Below, piece after piece: positions 28,837-38,686 of a stretch of DNA of 64,000 nucleotides. The position numbers and the translations under genes are program-made. This DNA comes from Patescibacteria group bacterium (GTDB lineage: Bacteria; Patescibacteriota; Dojkabacteria; GCA-002793355), in NCBI GenBank assembly GCA_016860985.1, contig BOKM01000001.1, positions 2,310 through 66,309 on the forward strand. Direction: 5' to 3'. Below the pieces are notes generated by a model. It was not told the origin of the DNA. It searched no databases and was given only the letters and a program-made list of their open reading frames with translations. The stretch's first letter is position 1, and each line of letters opens with the position of its first letter.

Positions 28837-29828
28837 TAACGATTGTCGACTGGTGTTGCCTCATAAAGATACCAATCTGCGTCAAACTGGTCTGATATCA
28901 ATAAGTCTCCTCTTTCATTCAAAAGATGTACGTTTGAATGTTCTCCATCTACTAATAACCAATGTCCATTAAAGTGTAAACTGTCCTGTAACCAAACAGT
29001 CTTGATTGAGACTTTATTTTCAAGAATAAATTTACCAGACGCAATCTTCCCGTAATATGCTTCACCCCTCGCAGTATCAGAAAAACTTATTCTTTTATCT
29101 GCATATACTCTAACTGAATGTGGCCTTTTAAGATCGCTCATTATTGGAGTAATTTCACCTGTCGTTTTGTTGATAGTATTAAGCGTTCCTTGCATGAATA
29201 AAGTTACTAATATGGTATTGTCGTCGTATTCTGCGGCTGCATTCGGATGTGCTGTATGTAACCACGTATCATATTCTACATACCTGTGATCAATATCCTT
29301 GCTCAAGGTACGATTAATTCCGAAGGCATCAGTCATGAAACCGTGATCCATGGCCCACCATTGCCAAAGTACCTCTTTCCCATTCTCTGATAGTTCAAAT
29401 ATAGCATCAACCCCAGCAGAAGTAAGTAAAAATCCTTTTTTAGTTTTGCGCATAGAGTGTAAAGCATTAAAGGATTTTAGAGATGACAGTTCAGTGCTTT
29501 TAGTAAGATCAAGAGAATGAATTCCAATTGAGTGATGTGATGCGCTCAAAATGCCATTATCGGTAACCATAATTCCATGTAGGAAATCCGATTGCGCAGT
29601 CGCTACAATGGTACCTTCCTTGTTAATCTTTGCTATTAATCCTGCATATGGATTGTCAATTTCTGGTATATTCCACTCTTTTATGCTTGGACGAACTCGT
29701 TCTTGGTTCTTTTCTCTGGCCCAACGTTCCTTTCTTTTTCCAAGATCTCGATATGTAACGGACAAAAAATATTCAGGCATACTAGAAGAACTGTCATATA
29801 CAGTACGAACGAGAGGGAATTTACTCAT
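28833..29828 (-). CDS. hypothetical protein (possible beta-propeller), downstream of the NUDIX gene
   Basis: 331-aa ORF, 2-nt spacing from the upstream NUDIX gene and 4-nt overlap with the convergent peptidase gene. Confidence 0.4.
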   Translation of the reverse strand: MSKFPLVRTVYDSSSSMPEYFLSVTYRDLGKRKERWAREKNQERVRPSIKEWNIPEIDNPYAGLIAKINKEGTIVATAQSDFLHGIMVTDNGILSASHHSIGIHSLDLTKSTELSSLKSFNALHSMRKTKKGFLLTSAGVDAIFELSENGKEVLWQWWAMDHGFMTDAFGINRTLSKDIDHRYVEYDTWLHTAHPNAAAEYDDNTILVTLFMQGTLNTINKTTGEITPIMSDLKRPHSVRVYADKRISFSDTARGEAYYGKIASGKFILENKVSIKTVWLQDSLHFNGHWLLVDGEHSNVHLLNERGDLLISDQFDADWYLYEATPVDNRY

Positions 29829-29829
29829 T

Positions 29830-30276
29830 TTACTTTGTAATCTTTAATCTGATTGCTTCAGCTTTTTCCATACTTGCGAGAATCCAAGGTGGAGTATTTG
29901 GATTTGATTTGATTTCTTCAAATGTCATCCAAGATACTTCATCAACTTCATCCTCTATCATTGCCGATGGATCACCTGATTTGTATTCTGCAATAAAGAC
30001 AATATCAATGACATGGTTGCCTTTAGCACTTACAAACATCTTGCTTTCTACATATTCGAGCTTTTCTTGAACTTGTACGTTAACTTCTTCCAAGATTTCT
30101 CGTTTTACACCAAATTCTAGTGTATCAGTAAGTGCGTCTGAATAATCAACTTTTCCGCCAACCATAGAAAGAGTACCACCTGCATGATCTTCTTTTTTTG
30201 ATCGTAAAATCATGAGCCATTTATTATTTTGAAAAATAGCTGCTTCAACATTTACTATAAATTTTGGAGGTTCCAT
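29830..30276 (-). CDS. NUDIX hydrolase
   Basis: Nudix box GGKVDYSDALTDTLEFGVKREILEEVNV (GX5EX7REUXEEXGU). Confidence 0.8.
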   Translation of the reverse strand: MEPPKFIVNVEAAIFQNNKWLMILRSKKEDHAGGTLSMVGGKVDYSDALTDTLEFGVKREILEEVNVQVQEKLEYVESKMFVSAKGNHVIDIVFIAEYKSGDPSAMIEDEVDEVSWMTFEEIKSNPNTPPWILASMEKAEAIRLKITK

Positions 30277-30349
30277 AGCACTGATTATAGCATAAAATTA
30301 TTGATAAATAGGTTTGGGAGTATAAGGACTTTAGAGTACAATATTCTAT

Positions 30350-30673
30350 ATGATATATTCAAAAGAAGATCAAGAATTGATCCAAAAAGCAATTAGTTTC
30401 TTAGTTGAGAACTTCAATAAATCAGGTAACAACAATAAGCCTGTTATCCTTCATAGCATTCGGCTTGCGATGCGCCTTTACGACAAAGGGAAAAAGGCAT
30501 CAGTAGTTGTTGGAGCTCTTCTGCACGATTTGTTGGAAGATACACAGGTTACATTGTCTAACATTACGTCGAAATTCGGTATTGTACATAGTTCTTTTAA
30601 CGCTTGTAGCTCATTTTCCACTCGTTTTACAAAAACCTCTATCTCCATATATTCATTATACAGTGATTTATAA
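30350..30673 (+). pseudogene. truncated HD-domain (RelA/SpoT-type hydrolase-like) gene fragment
   Basis: HSIRLAMRL...ALLHDLLEDT are HD-domain metal ligands, but the ORF ends after 107 aa in low-complexity sequence where the family normally continues. Probable remnant. Confidence 0.4.
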
Positions 30674-30833
30674 TAGTATTATCCTAAGCTAATCTGAATT
30701 CCAACATGCGCCCAAGTCCTTATTGGTGTAGATGATTGGGATTCAGTAATACAGGCCGATTTAAACCTGACGTTTGACATTGGCAAGCTGCCTAAATTTA
30801 TCTTAGAGTAGCTAGAGTATATTCCCATAGTAA

Positions 30834-33104
30834 TTGTTGTATAATTCTTATATGTGGAAACTTCTTAAGAATTGGCGTGAAGTTCTAATTAAGTCCGACT
30901 TCGAGGTAAACCAAAAACTAAAACACTTGCTAGAAACAACCACAGGTTCGATTCTTGTAAGTGGGGACAGAGGTGTAGGCAAAACACATATTATTCAAAC
31001 CATCTCAAGGGAAAAGTCAGATTCAATGATATTTATTTGGCTAAATACAATAAAGATAAACGCAGTAAGTGAAAAGGGAACCAATTTGCCAGACCAAGTT
31101 GAAAGCCTGAACATTCTATTTATATTGAAATTTCTTATTGAGGAACTTTCCTCTTTAGGCTTGCCGGAACAAAAAATCTTAAAGAGCATAAAAAAAGATT
31201 TATATATTACTGAAAAAGCTATCACCTCAGATTCTAAACTTAGTGTAAACAACTCTGGGGCAGAGGTCGGTTATCGACAGTCAGTAAACGAAAAATGGCA
31301 AGGATACACTACAGCACAACTATCTTCAACACTTGCGAATTACTTAGTTGATGTAAAGGGTCATATAGGTATGACTGGCTTTGAGAAGATTATGCACGCT
31401 TTTGGTTCTGTCGGGATTGGAATCGGAAACGCGTTCCAAAAGTTTTTCAATAAACGAACTGAGCGAATTGTCTTTGTATTCGATGAACTTGATGATATTG
31501 GTGACATTAATTTGCTACTTGACCTAATTAAAAAGTTCAAAAATCTTTTCATGAGATCTGGCATTAGCTTTTTATTTATTACCTCTTCGAATGTATATGA
31601 GACTGTGACAAACCTAGAATCAGCTTTTACCTCAGGACAAGAAGACAAATATCGAACAATATTTTCAGACATAGTTTACATTCGTAGATATACTATATCC
31701 ACGTTGACCAAACATATCAGCAATCTGACTTTAGTTAAGTCAGATAATTTTGATGCTTTGTCCACATATTTAGCAATTGAGGCTAAAGGAAATATCTATA
31801 ATTTGAGACGTACAATAGCAGCAAGAGAAGTTTTTGATGGAGACGAAATAGTACTCAGACATTCAGATATTGATAAGAAATCGGTAAGTGTAGTAAATTA
31901 TGCATTTAGAATCGGAGAATTACTAATAGAAAAGTGTGGATTTGAGCAATATATCGAAGATCTGTTATATATGACGCTTTATGAATATACCTCCGATCTT
32001 CTGCTTTATTTGTCAGGCACAAGGCAAGAAAGTAGAAAGACACGCTTTGAACTGTATCAGAAAAACACTAGTTATACGAAGTCAAAAAAGAATTTAATAG
32101 AAAAATTTATTAACGAATTTTTTGAAACACTATCTGTAATCATTACATCGCAACCAAACGGAATTAACTTTGGTGAGGAATCCCAAACTATTTCGTGGGA
32201 GGATGTAAAAGAAAAAATTGACAGCAATATTGACGTGTTGGATCTTTTATGGTCAATTACTCCAAGCCATCGTCGTTTCTACGAGAAGTACCTAAGTGTC
32301 ACTGAGATGGTAAAAATTGTATTCAAGCAAGATGATATCCTAAAATCTTCTCAATTAAGGGAACACGAAATGATTAATGATGAAACTTCGCTAGAAATCA
32401 AGAATGCACTTGAGCAGGCAACACTTACAGTACGTAAAGGATCTTCTTCTGTGACAGAGAGGGGAACGGCAATTCTCACTGATATTGAAAACAAGATAAA
32501 TAAGTATTGGGATTTTTCAAAAGGTATTCTGCTAAGAAAGGATACAGACGGAATCGAGTATAATCGAACTGAGCATACTGTCAAATTTAATCAGCAAAAT
32601 GCGATTACATCTTCACCAACAACCAGATTGTATACTCACCTACTTGAAGGTTCATATAAAAGCAAATTTGACATAGAATATACGGTGAAGACATCCTACA
32701 ACAAGTCAACTGTTGATGTTCTACTCTATTTTGCTGAGCAATATACCGGGACAGCGTCAGACGCATACTATATTGTAAGAATTACTGCACAAGATCCACC
32801 TTCAGAATTTAATAGAGCTGGAATTTTGCTTAAGGATTCCAATATTGAGTATGATAAAGCTTGGTATCTCATTAACCAACCAGTTAAAGTCAAGGCAATT
32901 GGTTTAAACGAACCCTATACCATAAGAATAAAACTTGATAAAGGAATAATAACATTATATTTAAAGAAACAATCGAAAGAAAAGTACACATCAACTGATA
33001 CTGTAGAATCGTATCAAGTAAATCAAGAAAGTAGTTTTAGTCATATCATCACGACAAGTCAAGGACATCCAATAGAGATTTTAAATATAATAAAGAAGGA
33101 ATAG
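30834..33104 (+). CDS. P-loop NTPase, KAP-family-like (756 aa)
   Basis: Walker A GDRGVGKTH and a distant Walker B RIVFVFDELDDIGD about 170 aa downstream (KAP-like spacing and hhhhDxLD form), with a long non-catalytic C-terminal half. Confidence 0.5.
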   Translation: MLYNSYMWKLLKNWREVLIKSDFEVNQKLKHLLETTTGSILVSGDRGVGKTHIIQTISREKSDSMIFIWLNTIKINAVSEKGTNLPDQVESLNILFILKFLIEELSSLGLPEQKILKSIKKDLYITEKAITSDSKLSVNNSGAEVGYRQSVNEKWQGYTTAQLSSTLANYLVDVKGHIGMTGFEKIMHAFGSVGIGIGNAFQKFFNKRTERIVFVFDELDDIGDINLLLDLIKKFKNLFMRSGISFLFITSSNVYETVTNLESAFTSGQEDKYRTIFSDIVYIRRYTISTLTKHISNLTLVKSDNFDALSTYLAIEAKGNIYNLRRTIAAREVFDGDEIVLRHSDIDKKSVSVVNYAFRIGELLIEKCGFEQYIEDLLYMTLYEYTSDLLLYLSGTRQESRKTRFELYQKNTSYTKSKKNLIEKFINEFFETLSVIITSQPNGINFGEESQTISWEDVKEKIDSNIDVLDLLWSITPSHRRFYEKYLSVTEMVKIVFKQDDILKSSQLREHEMINDETSLEIKNALEQATLTVRKGSSSVTERGTAILTDIENKINKYWDFSKGILLRKDTDGIEYNRTEHTVKFNQQNAITSSPTTRLYTHLLEGSYKSKFDIEYTVKTSYNKSTVDVLLYFAEQYTGTASDAYYIVRITAQDPPSEFNRAGILLKDSNIEYDKAWYLINQPVKVKAIGLNEPYTIRIKLDKGIITLYLKKQSKEKYTSTDTVESYQVNQESSFSHIITTSQGHPIEILNIIKKE

Positions 33105-33190
33105 GACGTCTTCTTCGTGAATATTGCGGTTATCTTAAAGGTAAAATCCTCCATGGTGTATAATAAATGTATTGATGCTTTTCGCATTAA

Positions 33191-33275
33191 TCATATTCAC
33201 GGAAATTCGATATCATTCAAAAAATATTCATAGAAATTTAAGGAAATTCAAAAAAATATTCATGGGCATTCAAAG
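33191..33275 (+). repeat. iteron-like direct repeats (ATTCAAAAAA(A)TATTCAT x2 plus partial copies) upstream of the ParB-methyltransferase gene
   Basis: 33215-33231 and 33246-33263 are near-identical 17/18-mers 14 nt apart. Partial copies at 33191-33210 and 33268-33276. Confidence 0.5.
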
Positions 33276-33278
33276 TGT

Positions 33279-33310
33279 TTGTGTGTAACGCGCAAATACA
33301 ATTGTATAAT
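33279..33310 (+). promoter_or_regulatory. candidate sigma70-type promoter (TG-TATAAT -10 element) for the ParB-methyltransferase operon
   Basis: TGTATAAT at 33303-33310, 18 nt upstream of the ATG at 33328. A weak TTGTGT -35-like hexamer lies 20 nt upstream. Confidence 0.35.
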
Positions 33311-33327
33311 TTTTTACTAACAATTTA

Positions 33328-34656
33328 ATGGACAATTCACTAACCATCGTCAATGTTTTAATTGACGACTTAATTAGTGCCGACTACAATCCTCGCAAGT
33401 GGGATCAGAAGGCTTTAAACGACCTAAGAGCGAGCATTAAGAAGTTCGGTCTGGTTGACCCTGCTCTAGTAAATGGTGCAACCAATCGCAAAAACATTGT
33501 CATTGGTGGCCACATGCGTATTGCAGCAGCAAAATCACTAGGTATTACCGAAATGCCTGTTGTTTATCTAAACATTCCTGATTTAGAGAAGGAAAAGGAG
33601 CTTAATCTTAGACTGAATAAAAATCAGGGAGAGTTTGATTTCAAACTACTTGCACACTTTGCAGAAGATTTTCTTACTGACATTGGTTTCAATTCAGAAG
33701 AGATGGACTCCATCTTTGATTGGGAAGACGATACACCTGAAGTATTCGATCTTCAAAAGGAACTTGAGAAACTCAACATCAGTAAAATTGAGATAGAAAA
33801 GGGAGATGTCTGGCAACTTGGAGAGAATCGATTAATGTGTGGTGACTCCACAATTCAAGAAGATATTCAAAAGCTACTTAATAACGAGAAAGCTGACATG
33901 GTTATGACTGACCCACCGTATATTCTTGATTACTTGCATGGGAAAACTAAGCACGGTAAAGCGACAGAAGGATTCGGTTATAAACGAGACAGAAAGTATT
34001 TAGAAACAGATTCCATACCTGAAAACTTCACAGAACTGTGGATGAAGAATATCTCAGAAGTAGCCAAAGAGAACTTTCATATAATTGTCTATGAAAATTG
34101 GAAAAACATTAGGACTATTTGGGCAGAGATGGAAAAGTACTGGAAAGTTAAGAATATGATTGTCTGGCATCTACCTAACCGCAACCAAAGTTTTGCAGCA
34201 AAGTACAAATTCTTTTCTAAACATGATATTGCTATGGTTGGCTCTTCTTATACCGAAGAGGCCTTTAATCTTGAAATGGAGGAGAAACTCCTACAAAACG
34301 AGTATGAGACTGCACTCTATGCAATATCAGGTAAACCACATTGGGAAGGCTACGAAAAAGGTAAGAAGATTCAGCCAACTGACTTTCTTGAATACAATGC
34401 TTCAGACGAGAAACATTCGGGTCAAGGAATTGTCTTTGGTACAAAACCTATTGAGATCCTAATTCCATATATCAAAGTACTTACTAAGCGTGAAGATTTA
34501 GTAGTAGAACCATTTGGTGGAAGTGGATCTACACTTATTGCGTGTCAAAAACTAAAAAGGAGATGTTTTATCATGGAAAAATCGCCAGTATATGCTGAGG
34601 TCATTCGCAACCGATGGGAGAAACTCACTAAACTTAAAGCTACGAAGATAGTGTGA
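33328..34656 (+). CDS. ParB-like nuclease domain fused to an N6/N4 DNA methyltransferase (phage-type orphan methylase)
   Basis: N-terminal ParB/Srx motif (LVDPALVNG...IVIGGHMRIAAAK), central MTDPPY, and C-terminal EPFGGSGST (motif I). About 78% aa identity to 56133-57479. Confidence 0.85.
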   Translation: MDNSLTIVNVLIDDLISADYNPRKWDQKALNDLRASIKKFGLVDPALVNGATNRKNIVIGGHMRIAAAKSLGITEMPVVYLNIPDLEKEKELNLRLNKNQGEFDFKLLAHFAEDFLTDIGFNSEEMDSIFDWEDDTPEVFDLQKELEKLNISKIEIEKGDVWQLGENRLMCGDSTIQEDIQKLLNNEKADMVMTDPPYILDYLHGKTKHGKATEGFGYKRDRKYLETDSIPENFTELWMKNISEVAKENFHIIVYENWKNIRTIWAEMEKYWKVKNMIVWHLPNRNQSFAAKYKFFSKHDIAMVGSSYTEEAFNLEMEEKLLQNEYETALYAISGKPHWEGYEKGKKIQPTDFLEYNASDEKHSGQGIVFGTKPIEILIPYIKVLTKREDLVVEPFGGSGSTLIACQKLKRRCFIMEKSPVYAEVIRNRWEKLTKLKATKIV

Positions 34657-35036
34657 AAATTTCTTTAAAGAAACAGGTTCTTGAACAACTTAAGAAGACT
34701 CCGATAATTCAAGTAACCTGCGAAAAACTAGGAATAGCACGTGCTACCTTCTATCGATGGAAACAACGTGACCAGAAGTTCTCAACTTCGGTAGACAAGG
34801 CTTTACTTGAAGGCTCACTGCTGATTAACGATATGGCTGAGAGTCAACTCATTACGCAAATCAAGAATGCTAACATGACTGCAATTATCTTCTGGCTTAA
34901 GTACCACCATAGAGGATATACAAAAGAAGTTCTGGCTACTCTACCAAATCAGCCGACAAAAATTAAGGTGGAGATTATAAGAAGTAAATCTGATCTTGAG
35001 AATTCGGATAAGAAGGAAGTTCGTAAAGTAAGTTGA
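34653..35036 (+). CDS. terminase small subunit-like HTH protein
   Basis: GIARATFYRWKQRD (HTH) and AIIFWLKYHH. Paralog of 57476-57874. GTG start overlapping the upstream stop (GTGA). Confidence 0.5.
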   Translation: MKISLKKQVLEQLKKTPIIQVTCEKLGIARATFYRWKQRDQKFSTSVDKALLEGSLLINDMAESQLITQIKNANMTAIIFWLKYHHRGYTKEVLATLPNQPTKIKVEIIRSKSDLENSDKKEVRKVS

Positions 35037-35078
35037 TCTGCTAGATTTCTTGACGCGAAAAGAATAAAATTACATCAC

Positions 35079-38000
35079 ATGAGTGCTATCGAAAAATATA
35101 TTGAAGAAGTAATAAAGACTTATAAGACTGGGCATGCACGCGAGCATGCATATAGACCTGCGCTAGAGACTCTTATTGAAGAGATAAATCCCAATATAAA
35201 TGCAGTAAACGACCCTAAACAGCAAAAGGTGGGTGCCCCTGATTTCGTATTGCTTAAGGGGAAAACACCAATTGGTTACATTGAAGCAAAAGACATTGAT
35301 GTAAATCTGGAGAGCGAATTCAAAACAAAGAATCAATTTAATCGATATAAGTCTTCACTCAACAATATTTGTTTTACTAATTGTCTGGATTTTCATTTCT
35401 ATGTAAATGGAGAAGCAATCTCGAGAGTCAGTGTTGGAAAACTGGAAGCTGGAAAAATATCAATACTCACTGAAAACCTTCCTTTACTTGAAAGCTTGCT
35501 TGTCAATTTTACGACACTGAAGTCAATCTCAATTCGTAGTCCAAAAGAACTAGCATTCTTAATGGCTGAGAAGGCTAAAATGCTCAAAAATGTAGTCTAC
35601 TTATCGCTAAAAGAGGGATCTGAAGTGAAGGGACAGGTAGAACAACAATATGAAGTTTTTAAACAGATGTTAATCCACGACCTTTCATTGGAGCAATATG
35701 CTGATATATATGCCCAAACAGTCGCATATGGGATGTTTGCTGCGCGCTTCCATGATAAATCTCTTGATACATTTACAAGAGATGAGGCAAATAACTTATT
35801 GCCAAAATCAAATCCTTTTCTGAGAAATTTCTTTCAAACGATTGCTGGATACAATATCGATGAGCGTATTGTATGGATAGTTGATGATCTTGCAGAACTT
35901 TTCAATCACGTAAATGTCCGCGAATTGCTTGAAAATTTTGGAAAGGATACGAAAAGGAGCGATGTAATTGTCCATTTTTATGAAACTTTTCTTTCCGAAT
36001 ATGATGCAAAGATGCGCAAAGCCAGAGGTGTCTATTACACACCAGAGCCAGTCGTTGATTTCATTGTGAGAGCCGTTGATGATATTTTAAAAACTGAGTT
36101 TGGCATAACTGATGGCCTTGCTGATACAAGTAAAATTGACGTTGAAAAGGAAGTTCAGGGATTAAAGAAAAAGCAGAAGGTAAAGGAACATCGTGTCCAA
36201 GTACTTGACCCCGCAACTGGAACAGGTACATTTTTAGATCACGTTATCAAACATATCTACAACACAAAATTTAAAGGACAACAAGGTATTTGGCAAGGTT
36301 ATGTTGATGAGCACCTACTACCTAGGCTACATGGATTTGAAATTCTCATGGCAAGTTATTCAATGGCACATCTTAAACTTGATATTACTCTTGCAGAGAC
36401 TGGCTATGATTCATCTAAAGGGCAAGGGAAGCGTTTAGGTGTATACCTCACAAACTCACTCGAAGAGCCCGAAGCACATCAAAAAGACCTGTTTTCTCAA
36501 TGGCTAACGACTGAAAGTATGGAAGCAAACGAGGTGAAGAAGGAAAAGCCAATTATGGTGGTTATGGGAAATCCGCCTTATAGCGGTGAGAGTTCAAACA
36601 AAGGCAAATGGATTATGGATTTAATGGAAGACTACAAATTTGAACCAGGAGGCCAAGAAAAGTTAAACGAACGAAATCCCAAGTGGATCAATGATGATTA
36701 TGTGAAGTTTATTAGATTTGCGCAACATTATATCGAAAAAAATGGCGAGGGAATACTTGCATTTATTAATCCTCATGGCTTTTTAGATAATCCTACGTTC
36801 AGGGGAATGCGATGGAAGTTGTTATCTGTTTTCGACAAGATATATACTATTGATCTACACGGGAATACAAAAAAGAAGGAACTTACGCCCGATGGATCCA
36901 AGGACGAGAATGTGTTTGACATAATGCAAGGAGTAAGCATAAATCTTTTTGTAAAAAAGCGAGATTCAAGAAATAAGTTGGCAAATGTTTATTCTAAGGA
37001 TCTTTACGGTAAAAGAAATATAAAATATGATTTTCTGTCTACTAATAGAATTGGGGATATAAAATGGAACAAACTAGATCCCCATAATGACATGTATTTC
37101 TTTGTTCAGAAAGACTTTGAATTACTTAACGAATACGAACAAGGTATTAAGGTTAACGAGTTATTTCCAGTAAATAACGTTGGCATCGTTACTTCAAAAG
37201 ATGCGATTTTAGTTTCCGAAGATGAGGAGAAGTTACTCAAGAATGTACAAGAACATTATCAGATTAATACTGATAAAAACAAAGTTAAGAGAATTTCTTA
37301 TAGACCTTTTGATGATAGATTTGTCTATTATGATACAAAATTGATAGAGAGAGCAAGATACGAAGTAATGCAGCACTTAATAAAAGGTGCGAATTACGGA
37401 ATAATAATTCCAAGACAAGCAATTACAGACAACTATTCACACGTAAATATAACTCGGTATATGACTGACAATCGGTATCAATACAGCAATAAAGGAGTAA
37501 CAACAGAAGTTCCTCTCTATTTATACAAAGACTCCACACTACTTACAGCGACAAGAGAACCAAATCTTAGCAGAACGCTAATTACAGATATTGCCACAAA
37601 ACTAAAGCTCCAGTTTATGAACGACCATGAGCATGCAGATTCAGGAAAAGCAGGCACATTCAATCCATTAGATATTCTCGATTACATTTACGCAATCTTA
37701 CACTCACCATCATACCGAGAACGCTATAAAGAATTTCTTAAAATTGATTTTCCACGAATCCCGTTTACATCAGATCAAAAGTTATTCTGGTCTTTAGTAG
37801 AAAAAGGGAGAGAAATTCGACGATATCACTTAATGGAGCATACAAACAGCAGTTCATTAATAACACAGTACCCTGTTTCTGGTGAAAATGAAGTTATCAA
37901 CCCTAGATACTCCGATAATAAAGTTTGGATAAATGATACGCAGTATTTTGATGATGTACCTCAAATTGCATGGGGATTTTACATTGGTGGATACCAACCA

Positions 38001-38147
38001 GCACAGAAGTGGCTAAAGGATAGAAAAGGAACGAAGCTAACTTTTGACGATGTGTTACATTATCAACAGATTATTGTTGCCTTGACTAATACAGACAGAA
38101 TTATGCACGAGATTGATAGTTTGGCGATGACTTGGCCTCTAAAATAG
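35079..38147 (+). CDS. Type IIG restriction-modification enzyme (MmeI-like: N-terminal PD-(D/E)XK endonuclease + gamma-class N6-adenine methyltransferase + target-recognition domain)
   Basis: N-terminal GAPDFVLLKGKTPIGYIEAKD (PD...EAK), central LDPATGTGTF (motif I) and VVMGNPPYSGE (NPPY), about 400 aa of C-terminal target-recognition domain. 1022 aa. Confidence 0.75.
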   Translation: MSAIEKYIEEVIKTYKTGHAREHAYRPALETLIEEINPNINAVNDPKQQKVGAPDFVLLKGKTPIGYIEAKDIDVNLESEFKTKNQFNRYKSSLNNICFTNCLDFHFYVNGEAISRVSVGKLEAGKISILTENLPLLESLLVNFTTLKSISIRSPKELAFLMAEKAKMLKNVVYLSLKEGSEVKGQVEQQYEVFKQMLIHDLSLEQYADIYAQTVAYGMFAARFHDKSLDTFTRDEANNLLPKSNPFLRNFFQTIAGYNIDERIVWIVDDLAELFNHVNVRELLENFGKDTKRSDVIVHFYETFLSEYDAKMRKARGVYYTPEPVVDFIVRAVDDILKTEFGITDGLADTSKIDVEKEVQGLKKKQKVKEHRVQVLDPATGTGTFLDHVIKHIYNTKFKGQQGIWQGYVDEHLLPRLHGFEILMASYSMAHLKLDITLAETGYDSSKGQGKRLGVYLTNSLEEPEAHQKDLFSQWLTTESMEANEVKKEKPIMVVMGNPPYSGESSNKGKWIMDLMEDYKFEPGGQEKLNERNPKWINDDYVKFIRFAQHYIEKNGEGILAFINPHGFLDNPTFRGMRWKLLSVFDKIYTIDLHGNTKKKELTPDGSKDENVFDIMQGVSINLFVKKRDSRNKLANVYSKDLYGKRNIKYDFLSTNRIGDIKWNKLDPHNDMYFFVQKDFELLNEYEQGIKVNELFPVNNVGIVTSKDAILVSEDEEKLLKNVQEHYQINTDKNKVKRISYRPFDDRFVYYDTKLIERARYEVMQHLIKGANYGIIIPRQAITDNYSHVNITRYMTDNRYQYSNKGVTTEVPLYLYKDSTLLTATREPNLSRTLITDIATKLKLQFMNDHEHADSGKAGTFNPLDILDYIYAILHSPSYRERYKEFLKIDFPRIPFTSDQKLFWSLVEKGREIRRYHLMEHTNSSSLITQYPVSGENEVINPRYSDNKVWINDTQYFDDVPQIAWGFYIGGYQPAQKWLKDRKGTKLTFDDVLHYQQIIVALTNTDRIMHEIDSLAMTWPLK

Positions 38148-38192
38148 TTAGATTAGGAATAAATGACTTTAATAAGAAAGTTCTAGAAATAT

Positions 38193-38684
38193 ATGGTAAA
38201 CATACCTGATACTAACTTATTCATAGGTTCACGATTTGATCTAAGGTTAACCAATGAATCCGAATGGGCATACGCGCACGTTACAAAAAAGAGTCACCAA
38301 GAAAAACTTGGATATTTTAAAGCATTACCACCGACACATCCCAATTACATATTTTTTGAGGATACAAATCATATGTACGTGAATTGGGTAGATACACCAC
38401 AAGCAAGGTTCTACGATTTCCCAACTGGACAAGGTGTTCCTAATTTTATTCGTGTTTTAGATTTCATAGAAAAGTGGATTAAGAACCGCAAAGTGTTAGT
38501 GCATTGCGACCTTGGGGAATCTCGTAGCCCTACTACAAGCCTAACCTATTTGGCTAAACGTACTGAGATTTTACCAAACACTAGCTTTGAAGATGCTAGA
38601 AAAGAGTTTACTAAAATGTACCCAAGCTATAACCCGAGTGGAATCGCAAACTTTGTCTCAGATAATTGGAATTTGATCATATAA
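38193..38684 (+). CDS. dual-specificity/tyrosine protein phosphatase-like protein
   Basis: VLVHCDLGESRSPT is the CX5R(S/T) P-loop signature of Cys-based phosphatases. Confidence 0.7.
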   Translation: MVNIPDTNLFIGSRFDLRLTNESEWAYAHVTKKSHQEKLGYFKALPPTHPNYIFFEDTNHMYVNWVDTPQARFYDFPTGQGVPNFIRVLDFIEKWIKNRKVLVHCDLGESRSPTTSLTYLAKRTEILPNTSFEDARKEFTKMYPSYNPSGIANFVSDNWNLII

Positions 38685-38686
38685 TT

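Noticed and set aside
33191-33275. CRISPR array
   Set aside because: Only two full and two partial repeats of 17-18 nt with irregular 14-nt spacing. No cas genes. It fits iterons or an operator better. No CRISPR-like arrays were seen anywhere in the window.
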